A stretch of 64,000 nt of DNA from Gemmobacter sp. (GCA_040398445.1 JBBAUB010000014.1:1884-65883); one strand, 5' to 3'. Shown: positions 10,796 to 20,356, numbered from the stretch's first letter. Numbers and translations are program-made. Notes: a model not told the origin generated them from the letters alone.

Positions 10796-11626
10796 TCACT
10801 TCACCGCGCCGAATGTCAGGCCACGGACGAGTTGTTTCTGGCTGAACCAGCCAAGGATCAGGATCGGCGCAATCGCCATCGTGCTTGCCGCGCTCAGCTT
10901 TGCGTAGAACAGTCCCTGCGGAGCCGAAAAGCTGGCGATAAAGGCCGACAACGGTGCCGCCTTGGTCGTGGTCAGCGTGATGGTCCAGAACGCTTCGTTC
11001 CATGCGAGGATCACGTTGAGAAGAAGGGTCGAGGCGATGCCCGGCAGTGCCATCGGCGTCAGCACGTAAAGGATTTCGTTCCACAGCGCCGCCCCGTCCA
11101 TCCGCGCAGCTTCCAGAATCTCGCCGGGAATTTCCTTGAAATAGGTGTAAAGCATCCAGACGATGATCGGCAGGTTCATCAGCATCAGCGCCAGCACCAG
11201 CCCGATCTTGGTGTCGAACAGCCCAAGCCGCTGGAACAGCAGATACATCGGGATCAGAACGCCCACTGCGGGCATCATCTTGGTCGACAGCATCCACATC
11301 AGCAGGTCTTTGGTCTTGCGTCCCGGCACGAAGGCCATCGACCATGCCGCCGGAATGGCGATGGCCAGACCGAGCAGTGTCGAGCCGATGGAAATGACCA
11401 CCGAGTTCCAGAAGAACCGCGGGTAATCCGAACGCTGCCAGACTTCGGCATAGTTCTCGACCGTCCAACTGGCACCCAGCAGTTCGGGCGGCGACGCGAC
11501 TGCGGAAACCTCGGTCTTGAAACTGGTCAGGATCATCCACAGCACGGGGAAGAATATCACCAGCGCCACCGTCCATGCGGCCAGCGTGGTCAAAGCCTTG
11601 CGGCGGGTCGATGTCGCGCGGGCCAT
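10796..11626 (-). CDS. smoG: Polyol ABC transporter permease (MalG-like)
   Basis: Six-TM CUT1 permease with EAA loop [25 protein letters not shown]. Confidence 0.85.
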   Translation of the reverse strand: MARATSTRRKALTTLAAWTVALVIFFPVLWMILTSFKTEVSAVASPPELLGASWTVENYAEVWQRSDYPRFFWNSVVISIGSTLLGLAIAIPAAWSMAFVPGRKTKDLLMWMLSTKMMPAVGVLIPMYLLFQRLGLFDTKIGLVLALMLMNLPIIVWMLYTYFKEIPGEILEAARMDGAALWNEILYVLTPMALPGIASTLLLNVILAWNEAFWTITLTTTKAAPLSAFIASFSAPQGLFYAKLSAASTMAIAPILILGWFSQKQLVRGLTFGAVK

Positions 11627-11636
11627 GGCTTACTCC

Positions 11637-12509
11637 TTACGTATCAAGATGCTTGCCGATGCCGCGCATCAGGAAGAAGGCGACGATATTGGCAAGGATC
11701 ACCGCGATGATCCCGCCCGCTGCGGCATGGCCGATATCCTTGGCCACGATCGCCTGCTTGAAGATCATATAGGGCAGCGTGGTCGAGGCCGATCCCGGCC
11801 CGCCCTGCGTGGTGGTGTAGATCTCGCCAAAGATGCCCAAAAGGAAGATCGTCTGGATCAGGATCACCACCGTGATCGACCGCATCATATGCGGCAGGAT
11901 GATGTAGCGGAACCGGCTGAAGGCCGAAGCCCCGTCCATCTCGGCCGCTTCCAGCTGTTCGGACGACAGCGATTGCAGCGCGGTCAGCAAGATCAGCGTG
12001 GCAAAAGGCAGCCATTCCCACGACACGATGGCGATCACCGACCACATCGGATAATCCTGAAGATACAGGATCGGCTCGTAGCCCAGCCCGATCGATACGG
12101 CGGCGAACAGCCCGTTTTGCGGATGCATGAACAGGTTTTCCAGAATCGACGCCGCGACCGGCGGCATCACAAAAAAGGGCGCGATGACGAGGATACGTAG
12201 CACGCCCTGCCCCCAGACCGGCTGATCGATCAACAGCGCGATCAGCGTGCCCAAGACGACCGTGATCACCAGAACCCCGCCGACCAAAGCCAGCGTATTG
12301 CCCATCGCCAGCCAGAAATCGGGCGATTCGACGAACCATCTGTAATTGCGGATACCGGCCCAGCCGTTCCGTTCGGGCGACAGCAGGCGGTAGACGCGGA
12401 ACGAGTAATACAGCGTCATGAACAGCGGAACGATCATCCAGATCAACAGCAGCGCGACCGACGGGGCCACCATCACACGGGCAGCGATGCGGCTGGAATG
12501 GGTGGACAT
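11637..12509 (-). CDS. smoF: Polyol ABC transporter permease (MalF-like)
   Basis: CUT1 permease with EAA loop EAAEMDGASAFSRFRYIILPHM. Confidence 0.85.
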   Translation of the reverse strand: MSTHSSRIAARVMVAPSVALLLIWMIVPLFMTLYYSFRVYRLLSPERNGWAGIRNYRWFVESPDFWLAMGNTLALVGGVLVITVVLGTLIALLIDQPVWGQGVLRILVIAPFFVMPPVAASILENLFMHPQNGLFAAVSIGLGYEPILYLQDYPMWSVIAIVSWEWLPFATLILLTALQSLSSEQLEAAEMDGASAFSRFRYIILPHMMRSITVVILIQTIFLLGIFGEIYTTTQGGPGSASTTLPYMIFKQAIVAKDIGHAAAGGIIAVILANIVAFFLMRGIGKHLDT

Positions 12510-12620
12510 GGGGTCTGGGTCTCCGGGGTCAGGTGGCGCTGGACAGGATGGCGTCGCATCGACGCGGACAAAAGCGGGTGCGCGCAGGCGGCAAAGACGA
12601 AACCGTTCAGGCGGATAAGG

Positions 12621-12664
12621 GGCTTGCGGGCCGGTCCGGTCGTGCCAGGACCGGTCCGCAAGCC
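12621..12664 (-). other. 17-bp-stem intercistronic hairpin between smoE and smoF
   Basis: GGCTTGCGGGCCGGTCC...GGACCGGTCCGCAAGCC pairs end to end with one G-U, giving a 10-nt loop. Confidence 0.6.
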
Positions 12665-12673
12665 GATGTGCCC

Positions 12674-12698
12674 CCCGGGCCGTGGGAGACGGCCCGGG
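12674..12698 (-). other. 9-bp-stem hairpin immediately downstream of the smoE stop
   Basis: CCCGGGCCG-TGGGAGA-CGGCCCGGG, perfect stem. Confidence 0.6.
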
Positions 12699-12705
12699 AC
12701 AGGTC

Positions 12706-14019
12706 TTACTTGATGTAACCGGCGTCGGTCATTTCGGAGACGGCCAGCGTCTGGGCTTCGGCAAGCGCCTCGTCCACGGTCTTCTGTCCGGCAAGGGCCG
12801 CCGAGAAAATTTCGCCAACGCTCGTCGCCAGACCCGCAAACTCGGGGATCGCTACGAACTGCACGCCGACATAAGGCACCGGCTTGACGGTCGGTTTGGT
12901 CGGGTCAGCCGCGTTGATCGAGTCGATGGTCATCTTGGCAAAGGGCAGCGCCGCATATTCCGGATTTGCGTACAGCGAGGTACGGGTGCCCGGAGGAGCA
13001 TTGCGCCAGCCTTCTTTCGACGCGACCAGATTGATGTAATCCTTGTTCGTCGCCCAGTCGATGAAAGTCTTGGCAGCTTCCTTGGCGTCAGACGATGCCG
13101 GAACGGCCAGCGACCAAGCCCACAGCCAGTTGGCACGCTTGCCAAGTCCGGCGTCGGGAGCCAGCGCGAAGCCCACCTTGTCGGCGAATTCGGACTGGGC
13201 CGGATCGGTCAGCGCACCGGCCGAAACCGTGGCGTCCATCCGCATGGCGCATTTGCCCTGCAGCGACAGCGTCAGGTTCTCGTTATAGCCGTTGTTCGAA
13301 GCGCCGGGCGGGCCGTATTTGGTCAGCATGTCGACATAGTCGGTCATGACCGCTTTCCATTCCGGCTGGTCGAACTGGGGAACCCAGTTTTCATCGAACC
13401 AGCGCGCGCCATAGCTGTTGGCCATGGTGGTCAGGAAGGCCATGTTTTCGCCCCAGCCGGCCTTGCCGCGCAGGCAGATGCCGTAAATGCCGGCGTCCTT
13501 GTCAGTCATCGCGGCGGCGGCTTTCTTGATATCGTCCCAAGTGGGCGCATCAGGAATGGTCACACCGGCCTTTTCGGCCAGATCCTTGCGGTAGTTCACA
13601 AAGGACGATTCACCGTAGAAGGGCGAAGCGTAAAGCTTGCCGTCGACCGTCAGGCCGCCACGGATGGCGGGCAGCAGGTCGTCGACGTCGTAATCTGCGG
13701 GCAGGTCGTTCAGGCTTTCCAGCCAGCCCTGCTTGCCCCAGATCGGAACCTCGTAGGTGCCGATGGTGATGACGTCATACTGGCCACCGCCGGTGGCGAT
13801 GTCGGTCGTCACGTTCTGGCGCAGGATGTTCTCTTCCAGCGTCACCCACTCGACCTTGATGTCGGGGTGCTTGGCATAGAAATCGTCCATCAGGCCCTGC
13901 ATGCGCACCATGTCGCCGTTGTTGACGGTCGCCACGGTGATCGTCGTCTCGGCCATTGCGGCGCCCGACAGGCAAGCCGCGACCGACGCGCCCAAGAGGG
14001 CACGGTAAGTCATTTTCAT
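12706..14019 (-). CDS. smoE: Sorbitol/mannitol periplasmic solute-binding protein
   Basis: Signal peptide MKMTYRALLGASVAACLSGAAMA followed by a family-1 extracellular SBP body. It is the first gene of the transporter block. Confidence 0.85.
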   Translation of the reverse strand: MKMTYRALLGASVAACLSGAAMAETTITVATVNNGDMVRMQGLMDDFYAKHPDIKVEWVTLEENILRQNVTTDIATGGGQYDVITIGTYEVPIWGKQGWLESLNDLPADYDVDDLLPAIRGGLTVDGKLYASPFYGESSFVNYRKDLAEKAGVTIPDAPTWDDIKKAAAAMTDKDAGIYGICLRGKAGWGENMAFLTTMANSYGARWFDENWVPQFDQPEWKAVMTDYVDMLTKYGPPGASNNGYNENLTLSLQGKCAMRMDATVSAGALTDPAQSEFADKVGFALAPDAGLGKRANWLWAWSLAVPASSDAKEAAKTFIDWATNKDYINLVASKEGWRNAPPGTRTSLYANPEYAALPFAKMTIDSINAADPTKPTVKPVPYVGVQFVAIPEFAGLATSVGEIFSAALAGQKTVDEALAEAQTLAVSEMTDAGYIK

Positions 14020-14036
14020 GGGTAGTCCTCCCTAAC

Positions 14037-14060
14037 AAGCGATTGAGCATTTCATCGCTT
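14037..14060. promoter_or_regulatory. Perfect inverted repeat AAGCGAT-N10-ATCGCTT in the smoE leader; candidate SmoC operator
   Basis: Read directly from the sequence. It lies 18 nt upstream of the smoE start codon, and a further AAGCGA copy occurs about 35 nt away. Confidence 0.3.
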
Positions 14061-14224
14061 GATGAGCAATTACCCATATCGAGGGCCGCTTCGTCAAGCG
14101 AAACTTGCATCGACATTCGGCGGACAAGGCAAAACACTGCCCAAAGCATGGGCAAGGCGCGAACGCGCGGCGCGTCCCGCCGGTTCCCCTTGTCTGTCAG
14201 GTATTTGCCGAACGCCGCGCGCCG

Positions 14225-15181
14225 TCAGTCCAGCGCTAGGATCGCCCGCGCCGTAGCCTCGTCGGTGACCAGCCCGTTCAGGATGCGCGCGGACAGCGCC
14301 GCCTTGATCGCCGCCGCCTTTGACGGTCCGGCAGCCACGCCGATGACCGGGCGCGTCTGGCCGGGGGCGATTCGCACCCCGCCGACGCGGCTGTTGGTGC
14401 CCAGTTCCAGATAGGTACCCGTCCGGTCGAACACCCAGCCCGCCACCTCGCCCACCGCACCCTGCCGCTGCATCTCGGCCAGTTCGGCGGGGCGCACGAA
14501 ACCGTCGGCAAGCAGCGGCGCGTCGTCGCTCATCTGCCCGACCCCCACGAAGGTGACATCCGCCGCCTTGGCCAGTTCACGCACCTGCCGCACGGGGCGC
14601 AGGTTGCGGAAGGCCGCGTTCTCTTCGGGGGTTTCCGAAATCACCGGCACGGGCATCGGATAATGCGGCGCGCGCACCTTGTCGGCGATGCGCATGATGA
14701 CATCGAAGAACGAGGCCGAACCGTCGGGCGCGATATTGCCGATCAAAGACACCAGACGGTGATGCGGCGCTTCCACCGCCGTCATCGCATCGACCATCCC
14801 GCGCATCGCCCGCCCCGTTCCCAATGCGATGACCAAAGGCTCGGGCATCCGCAAGAACCGCTCAAGCTCGGCCGCAGCCGCAGGCGCGATTGCCTGCGCG
14901 GCGTCATGTCCCGCGCCCAGCGCGGGTGCCACACGGCAACGCGTCAACGCGAACCGCGCGGTCAGGGCCTGTTCGAGTTCCAGACAGGCCGCGATCGGAT
15001 GTTCAAGGCGGACATGGATCAGCCCTTCGGCCATCGCGCGGCTGACGAGCCGCTGCGCCCGCTGGCGGCTGACGCCAAGCTCGCGGGCGATCTGGTCCTG
15101 CGTCATGCCCGCCACGTAATACAGCCAGCCCGCGCGGGCGGCATCATCCGACTGGCTGGGTTCGACATCGGGCGGCAGCAT
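14225..15181 (-). CDS. smoC: SorC/DeoR-type sugar-binding transcriptional regulator of the polyol operon
   Basis: N-terminal HTH AGWLYYVAGMTQDQIARELGVSRQRAQRLVSRAMAEGLI plus a SorC sugar-binding domain. The start shares 1 nt with the HAD gene stop. Confidence 0.8.
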   Translation of the reverse strand: MLPPDVEPSQSDDAARAGWLYYVAGMTQDQIARELGVSRQRAQRLVSRAMAEGLIHVRLEHPIAACLELEQALTARFALTRCRVAPALGAGHDAAQAIAPAAAAELERFLRMPEPLVIALGTGRAMRGMVDAMTAVEAPHHRLVSLIGNIAPDGSASFFDVIMRIADKVRAPHYPMPVPVISETPEENAAFRNLRPVRQVRELAKAADVTFVGVGQMSDDAPLLADGFVRPAELAEMQRQGAVGEVAGWVFDRTGTYLELGTNSRVGGVRIAPGQTRPVIGVAAGPSKAAAIKAALSARILNGLVTDEATARAILALD

Positions 15182-15867
15182 CAGGATACCTCGGGAACGG
15201 ATCGGAACACGGCCGGATGGGCGGCGCGCATCGCGGCAAAACTGGCGTAGCTCGCTTCAGGCACAGCATCTTCGGGCGGGGTCAGGTCAAGCCCTGCCAT
15301 ATGGCTGCCGCCGACGAAGCGCCAGACACGCATCCCGGCTGCCAGCCCTGCCCGCACGCCGTTGAGCGAATCCTCGATCACCACGCAGGCGGCGGGGGCA
15401 GCCCCCATCCTGGCCGCCGCATGCAGGAACAGGTCGGGTGCGGGCTTGCCCCGCGCCACCTCAGATGCCGTAAAGGCGACCCCGTCGAACAGCGCCGTCA
15501 TCCCCGTGATGGCCAGACTGCGCCGCATCCGTTCGGGGCTGGACGAGGTGGCAAGACAATAAGGCAGGCGCAACGCAGCCAGCGTTTCGACAATCCCCTG
15601 CATCCGCTGCAAGTCACGTTCGAACGCCGCGAGCAGCCGCGCACGGTAATCGGTCTCGAACCGGTCGGGCAAGGCCACGCCCCAACGGTCGCGCACCTCT
15701 TTGAGCACCACAGGATAGGAGCGGCCAAGGAAATGGCGGCTGACGAAGGCCATGTCCATCTCGACGCCGTAGCCCTTCAACTCGGCAATCAACTGCCGCG
15801 CGCTGATGACTTCGCTGTCGATCAGCACGCCATCGCAATCGAAGATGATGAGTTCGGGGTCGGTCAT
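15181..15867 (-). CDS. HAD-superfamily hydrolase (phosphatase / beta-phosphoglucomutase-like)
   Basis: Motif I IIFDCDGVLIDSE, later SSSPE, and IEDSLNGVRAGLAAGM. Confidence 0.8.
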   Translation of the reverse strand: MTDPELIIFDCDGVLIDSEVISARQLIAELKGYGVEMDMAFVSRHFLGRSYPVVLKEVRDRWGVALPDRFETDYRARLLAAFERDLQRMQGIVETLAALRLPYCLATSSSPERMRRSLAITGMTALFDGVAFTASEVARGKPAPDLFLHAAARMGAAPAACVVIEDSLNGVRAGLAAGMRVWRFVGGSHMAGLDLTPPEDAVPEASYASFAAMRAAHPAVFRSVPEVS

Positions 15868-15919
15868 GGGCGGATGGTGAACGCGATAGCGGGCGTGCTG
15901 TCAACGCCCCATGCAGAAC

Positions 15920-15970
15920 GGGGGGCTGCCGCCCCCCGCACCCCCTGCGCGTATTTCCGCAAGGATGAAA
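15920..15970 (-). repeat. Intergenic bipartite repeat, copy C
   Basis: G6-CTGCCG-C6 hairpin at 15920-15937 plus arm CCCCCTGCGCGTATTTCCGCAAGGATGAAA at 15941-15970. It abuts the ribokinase stop. Confidence 0.65.
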
Positions 15971-16900
15971 TCAGGGGCGCGCCAGCAGCGCCTCGATCTC
16001 GTCGCGCGACGGCATGGCGGGGGCCGTTCCCGCCCGCGTCACGCTGATGCCCGCCGTAGCGCAGCCAAAGCGCACCGCGTCGACCACATCGCGCCCCTCG
16101 GCCAGCGCCACCGCAAAACCGCCGTTGAAGGCATCGCCCGCCCCCGTGGTTTCCACCACCGGACCCGCGCTGATGACCGGCACATGCACCGAACGCGTCC
16201 GGTCGCGGTATAGCGCGCCTTTGTCACCCAGCGTGATGATGACAGCCCCAACGCCGCGGCCAAGCAGCGCGTCTGCCGCGCGTTCCGCCTCGGCCAATGT
16301 CGTCACCGGCAGGCCGGTCAGCCCCTCGGCCTCGGATTCGTTGGGCGTCACGAAGTCGCACAGCGCGAGGATATCGTCGCCCAATGTCGCAGCGGGAGCG
16401 GGGTTCAAGATGGTCTTGGCCCCGCCCGCCCGTGCGATTTCGAGCGCCCGCTTGGCGGCAGGAATCGGTTGTTCCAACTGTGTGATGAACACCGAAGCGC
16501 CGCCGATCAAATCGGCACGCTCTTCGACATCCTGCACCGATATCCGCCCCGCAGCGCCCGCTGCGACGATGATCGCATTGTTGCCCGTGGCATTTTCGAT
16601 GAAGATATAGGCGGCACCCGTATAGCTTTCGGGGTCTTCGGTCACAGAAGCCGTCACCCCCGCCTTGGCCCATGTCGCCCGCGCGATATCGGCAAAGGCG
16701 TCGCGCCCCAGACGCGAGATGATCGTCACATCGCCGCCCGCCTTGGCCGCCGCGACCGACTGGTTCGACCCCTTGCCCCCCGGCCCCAGCACGAAGGACG
16801 TGCCAAGGATGGTCTCGCCCATCTTGGGCTGCCGCTCGGCACGATAGGCGGTGTCGGCCACGAAGATGCCAAGGATGACGATCTTGGGTTTTGCGGTCAT
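15971..16900 (-). CDS. rbsK: Ribokinase (PfkB family)
   Basis: IVILGIFVADTAY...LGPGGKGSNQSVAAAKAGG...TTGAGDAFNGGFAVAL are PfkB signatures. Confidence 0.8.
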   Translation of the reverse strand: MTAKPKIVILGIFVADTAYRAERQPKMGETILGTSFVLGPGGKGSNQSVAAAKAGGDVTIISRLGRDAFADIARATWAKAGVTASVTEDPESYTGAAYIFIENATGNNAIIVAAGAAGRISVQDVEERADLIGGASVFITQLEQPIPAAKRALEIARAGGAKTILNPAPAATLGDDILALCDFVTPNESEAEGLTGLPVTTLAEAERAADALLGRGVGAVIITLGDKGALYRDRTRSVHVPVISAGPVVETTGAGDAFNGGFAVALAEGRDVVDAVRFGCATAGISVTRAGTAPAMPSRDEIEALLARP

Positions 16901-16903
16901 GGC

Positions 16904-17356
16904 CTATTCCTCCGGCGGGATCACGCCCTTGCGGAACATGAAGCAGCCATAGAACCGGCGCTCGCCGGTCTGGATCACGGCATAGGCCTGCCGCGCCATG
17001 TCGTAGAACGCGAAGCGCTCGATCCCGATCATCGGGCGGTGGCTGCCTTCGGCGGCATCGATCTGGGCCTGTACCTCGGCCTGCACGGGCGGCAGGGTGA
17101 CGGGATCGCCCACGATCTCCATCCGGCCCGCAAAATCATCGACGAAGGTGTCGAGCGGCAGCACCGACAGGATGGCATTCGCCGCCTCGGCCGCGGTCAG
17201 GTTCTCCATCCGCAGCAGATAGCCAAGCTGCGTGTCCCGCGCCACGCTATCGGCCGGAAAATTGGTGTCCGACAGGATCAGCACATCGCCATGCCCCATC
17301 GCCCGCAGACAAGACAGCACCTCGGCGTTCAGCCGGTTGTCGATACCCTTGAGCAT
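16904..17356 (-). CDS. RbsD/FucU family sugar mutarotase/pyranase (paralogue 1)
   Basis: MLKGIDNRLNAEVLSCLRAMGHGDVLILSDTNFPA... ORF 16904..17464 was trimmed to ATG 17356. Confidence 0.8.
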   Translation of the reverse strand: MLKGIDNRLNAEVLSCLRAMGHGDVLILSDTNFPADSVARDTQLGYLLRMENLTAAEAANAILSVLPLDTFVDDFAGRMEIVGDPVTLPPVQAEVQAQIDAAEGSHRPMIGIERFAFYDMARQAYAVIQTGERRFYGCFMFRKGVIPPEE

Positions 17357-17414
17357 TCGTTCCCTCCCGAAATTTCTTTGAACGTGACCCGCCGCAGCGG
17401 CAGGGTCAAGCCGG

Positions 17415-18467
17415 TCAGAACCGCATCCCGCTCGCCTTGTCGAACAGATGCACACCCGATGCATCGGTCGGTGCCAGCGTCACGGCATCGCCGGGGTGCA
17501 ACGACACGCGGTCGCGGAACACCGCCGTCACCTCGCGCCCTTCGATCCTGATCACCACATGCGTCTCAGACCCCGTCGGCTCGACCACGGCCACGGTCCC
17601 CTTGAGGCCCGACTCTGCCAGCCCGAGGTTTTCGGGGCGGATTCCGTAGATGATCTCGCGCCCCTCGGCCACGGCCATGCCCGGCGGCAAGGGCAGCGCA
17701 GCGCCGCCCGCCATGACCTTGCCACCTTGGACGACGCCCGCGATCATGTTCATCGACGGCGACCCGATGAAGGCCGCGACAAAGACATTCGCCGGACGGT
17801 CGTAAAGCTCGAGCGGCGCGCCGACTTGCTCGACCCGCCCGCCCTGCATCACCACGATCTTGTCGGCCATGGTCATGGCTTCGATCTGGTCGTGCGTCAC
17901 ATAGACGGTCGTGGTTTTAAGACGCTGGTGCAATTCGCGGATTTCGGTCCGCATCTGCACGCGCAGCTTGGCGTCGAGGTTCGACAAAGGTTCATCGAAC
18001 AGGAAAACCTGCGGATCGCGCACGATGGCGCGGCCCATCGCCACACGCTGACGTTGGCCACCCGACAGCGCGCGCGGGTAACGTTCGAGATAGGGCGTCA
18101 AGCCCAGCACCTCGGCGGCACGGGCCACCCGCGTGTCGATCTCGGCCTTGTCCATTCCGCGCATCTTCAGCGCGAAACCCATGTTGGCGGCAACCGTCTT
18201 GTGCGGGTAAAGTGCATAGTTCTGGAACACCATGGCAATGTCACGCTCGGACGGCGGCAGGTTGTTGACCAGACGCTCGCCGATGCTGATACGCCCCGAA
18301 GACACCTCTTCCAGCCCCGCGATCATCCGCAAAAGGGTCGATTTTCCGCAGCCCGACGGGCCGACAAGCACGACGAATTCGCCGTCCGGAATGTCGAGAT
18401 CGAGCCCATGGATGACCTGAAGCCCGCCATAGGTTTTCTTCAGTTCGCGGATCGTGACTTCGGCCAT
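17415..18467 (-). CDS. Orphan MalK/UgpC-type ABC transporter ATP-binding protein
   Basis: Walker [42 protein letters not shown] upstream of ATG 18467. No permease gene lies adjacent. Confidence 0.85.
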   Translation of the reverse strand: MAEVTIRELKKTYGGLQVIHGLDLDIPDGEFVVLVGPSGCGKSTLLRMIAGLEEVSSGRISIGERLVNNLPPSERDIAMVFQNYALYPHKTVAANMGFALKMRGMDKAEIDTRVARAAEVLGLTPYLERYPRALSGGQRQRVAMGRAIVRDPQVFLFDEPLSNLDAKLRVQMRTEIRELHQRLKTTTVYVTHDQIEAMTMADKIVVMQGGRVEQVGAPLELYDRPANVFVAAFIGSPSMNMIAGVVQGGKVMAGGAALPLPPGMAVAEGREIIYGIRPENLGLAESGLKGTVAVVEPTGSETHVVIRIEGREVTAVFRDRVSLHPGDAVTLAPTDASGVHLFDKASGMRF

Positions 18468-18532
18468 CTGGCACCCCTCCGGTGATCTTGCCTGATTAGG
18501 TAGCGAAGCAGGGGGGGCCTGTCCACGCACTA

Positions 18533-18550
18533 ATCATACTAACATGTTAG
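18533..18550 (-). promoter_or_regulatory. 18-mer CTAACATGTTAGTATGAT (minus strand): palindromic core CTAACATGTTAG plus a -10-like TATGAT facing the ATPase-FucU-rbsK operon
   Basis: 16 of 18 nt are identical to 59406-59423 upstream of the orphan permease genes. It sits in a local low-GC patch. Confidence 0.5.
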
Positions 18551-18727
18551 AATCTTGACAGCGGACCTGCCGCTTGCCAAGGTCTATCCTAGGATTGCCA
18601 TGGCGCGGGGTTGGGAGGCCCCTGTTTTCGCCAGACCACATGACCGCTGGGCGCATGGCATCTCGAAAAGTGAACAAGATAAAAGCCATGCCCCGACCGG
18701 ATGCTGGCACCAAGGGAGGACGTTACC

Positions 18728-20356
18728 GTGAAAGTCGAACTCTACAACGCGATGCGCTCGAAGATGAGCCGCCGCCGCCTGCTGCAAGGCGCAACCGCGC
18801 TTGGCGCCGTCACCGCGATGGGCCCGATGGGCCGTCCTGCCTTTGCCGAAAGCCACGGCAACGTGCGCGCCGAAATCCTCAAGATTCCGGGCGTCGGTGC
18901 CGGATCGCCCACCGATGCCGATTGGCAGAAGGTCGGGGAAATGACGCTTGGCGCCACCAAGGCCAACGTGGCCGAAGGTGAATTCGCAGGCGTCGAGCTG
19001 ACGTTCTTTGGCATCAACAACAACGGGCTGCACAACATCCTGTTCCGCGGCCTGCTCAAGGGCTGGGAAACCTATACCGGCGCGAAAATCAACTGGATCG
19101 ACCTTGCACAGGCCGACTACAACCCGCGCCTGCAGCAAAGCATCGCGACCGGCACCGTCGATTTCGACATCCTTGCCATGGGTGCGCCGCTCGAAGGCGA
19201 CACCGCCAGCAAGGGCCTGCTGGACGAGATGCCGGAATGGGTCGCCACTCAGATCGAGATGGACGACTATGTGAACTACCTCAAGGCCCCTGTCGGCACG
19301 TGGGACGGCAAGACCTATCGCATCTCGATCGACGGCGACTGCCACACCTTTGCCTATCGGACCGACTACTTCGGTGAAGGTGCCATCGGCGGCGCGACCG
19401 TTCCGAAAACCTGGCAAGAGGTCAATGCCGTGTCCAAGGCCGTGATCGGCCAGACCGACCCGCTGACCGGCCAGCCCGCCGTCGGCTACCTCGACCCGCT
19501 CAAGGGCTGGGGCGGCTTTGGTTTCTACTTCCTTGAAAACCGCGCGGCAGCCTATGCCAAGCACCCGGCCGATCCGGCATGGCTGTTCGATCCCGAAACC
19601 ATGAAGCCGCGCGTCAACAACCCGGCTTGGGTGCAGGCGATCCAGGACGTGATGGACCTTATCGCGGCCAACGCCTACCCCGCCGACCAGATCAACGCCG
19701 ACCCCGGCACCACCGGCTTCTCGCAGTTCCTTGCGGGCACCGGATCGATGCTGATGTGGTGGGGCGACATCGGGTCGAACGCCCGCACCTCGGACACCTC
19801 GGTCGTGGGCGACGTGGTGGGCTTCGGCATCAACCCCGGTTCGGACAAGGTCTACAACTCGCAAACCGCGGCGTGGGAAGAAACCTACAACGAAGCGCCG
19901 AACATGGCCTTCCTTGGCTGGGGCGTCTATGTCACCAACCGCGTGTCGGGCGACGAGAAGAAGCGCAAGGCCGCATGGTCCGCCGCAGCCCATCTGGGCG
20001 GCAAGGACCTGTCGCTGTGGATGTCGGCCTATCCGTCGGGCTTCCAGCCCTACCGCAACTCGCACTTCCAGTACGACGAGTGGGAAGCGGCAGGCTATGA
20101 CCGCGCCTTTGTCGAAGACTACCTCGGCTCGAACGCGGACAGCTACAACCACCCCAACGCCGCGATCGAACCCCGTATCCCCGGCATCTTCCAGTACTAC
20201 TCGGTCGCCGAGGACGAACTGGCCAAGGGCTATGCGGGCCAGTACAAATCGGCACAGGAAACCGCAGACGCCATCGCCGCCGCATGGGAAAAGATCACCG
20301 ACACCATCGGCCGCGACAACCAGATCAAGCTGTACAAAGCCAGCTTGGGCATGTGA
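18728..20356 (+). CDS. Large family-1 extracellular solute-binding protein with a Tat-type signal (orphan, monocistronic)
   Basis: GTG 18728 is preceded by AAGGGAGGA at 18712-18720. Tat signal SRRRLLQGATALGAVTAMG...AFA. The 542-aa SBP body is followed by its own terminator. Confidence 0.8.
   Translation: MKVELYNAMRSKMSRRRLLQGATALGAVTAMGPMGRPAFAESHGNVRAEILKIPGVGAGSPTDADWQKVGEMTLGATKANVAEGEFAGVELTFFGINNNGLHNILFRGLLKGWETYTGAKINWIDLAQADYNPRLQQSIATGTVDFDILAMGAPLEGDTASKGLLDEMPEWVATQIEMDDYVNYLKAPVGTWDGKTYRISIDGDCHTFAYRTDYFGEGAIGGATVPKTWQEVNAVSKAVIGQTDPLTGQPAVGYLDPLKGWGGFGFYFLENRAAAYAKHPADPAWLFDPETMKPRVNNPAWVQAIQDVMDLIAANAYPADQINADPGTTGFSQFLAGTGSMLMWWGDIGSNARTSDTSVVGDVVGFGINPGSDKVYNSQTAAWEETYNEAPNMAFLGWGVYVTNRVSGDEKKRKAAWSAAAHLGGKDLSLWMSAYPSGFQPYRNSHFQYDEWEAAGYDRAFVEDYLGSNADSYNHPNAAIEPRIPGIFQYYSVAEDELAKGYAGQYKSAQETADAIAAAWEKITDTIGRDNQIKLYKASLGM

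Noticed and set aside
18533-18550. Zur or Fur box interpretation of the CTAACATGTTAG palindrome (it contains AACAT/ATGTT, and a COG0523 gene is in the window).
   Set aside because: The half-site arrangement is inverted relative to the ATGTTAT-N-ATAACAT type Zur boxes I remember. Both copies precede sugar-transport operons, not the COG0523 operon.
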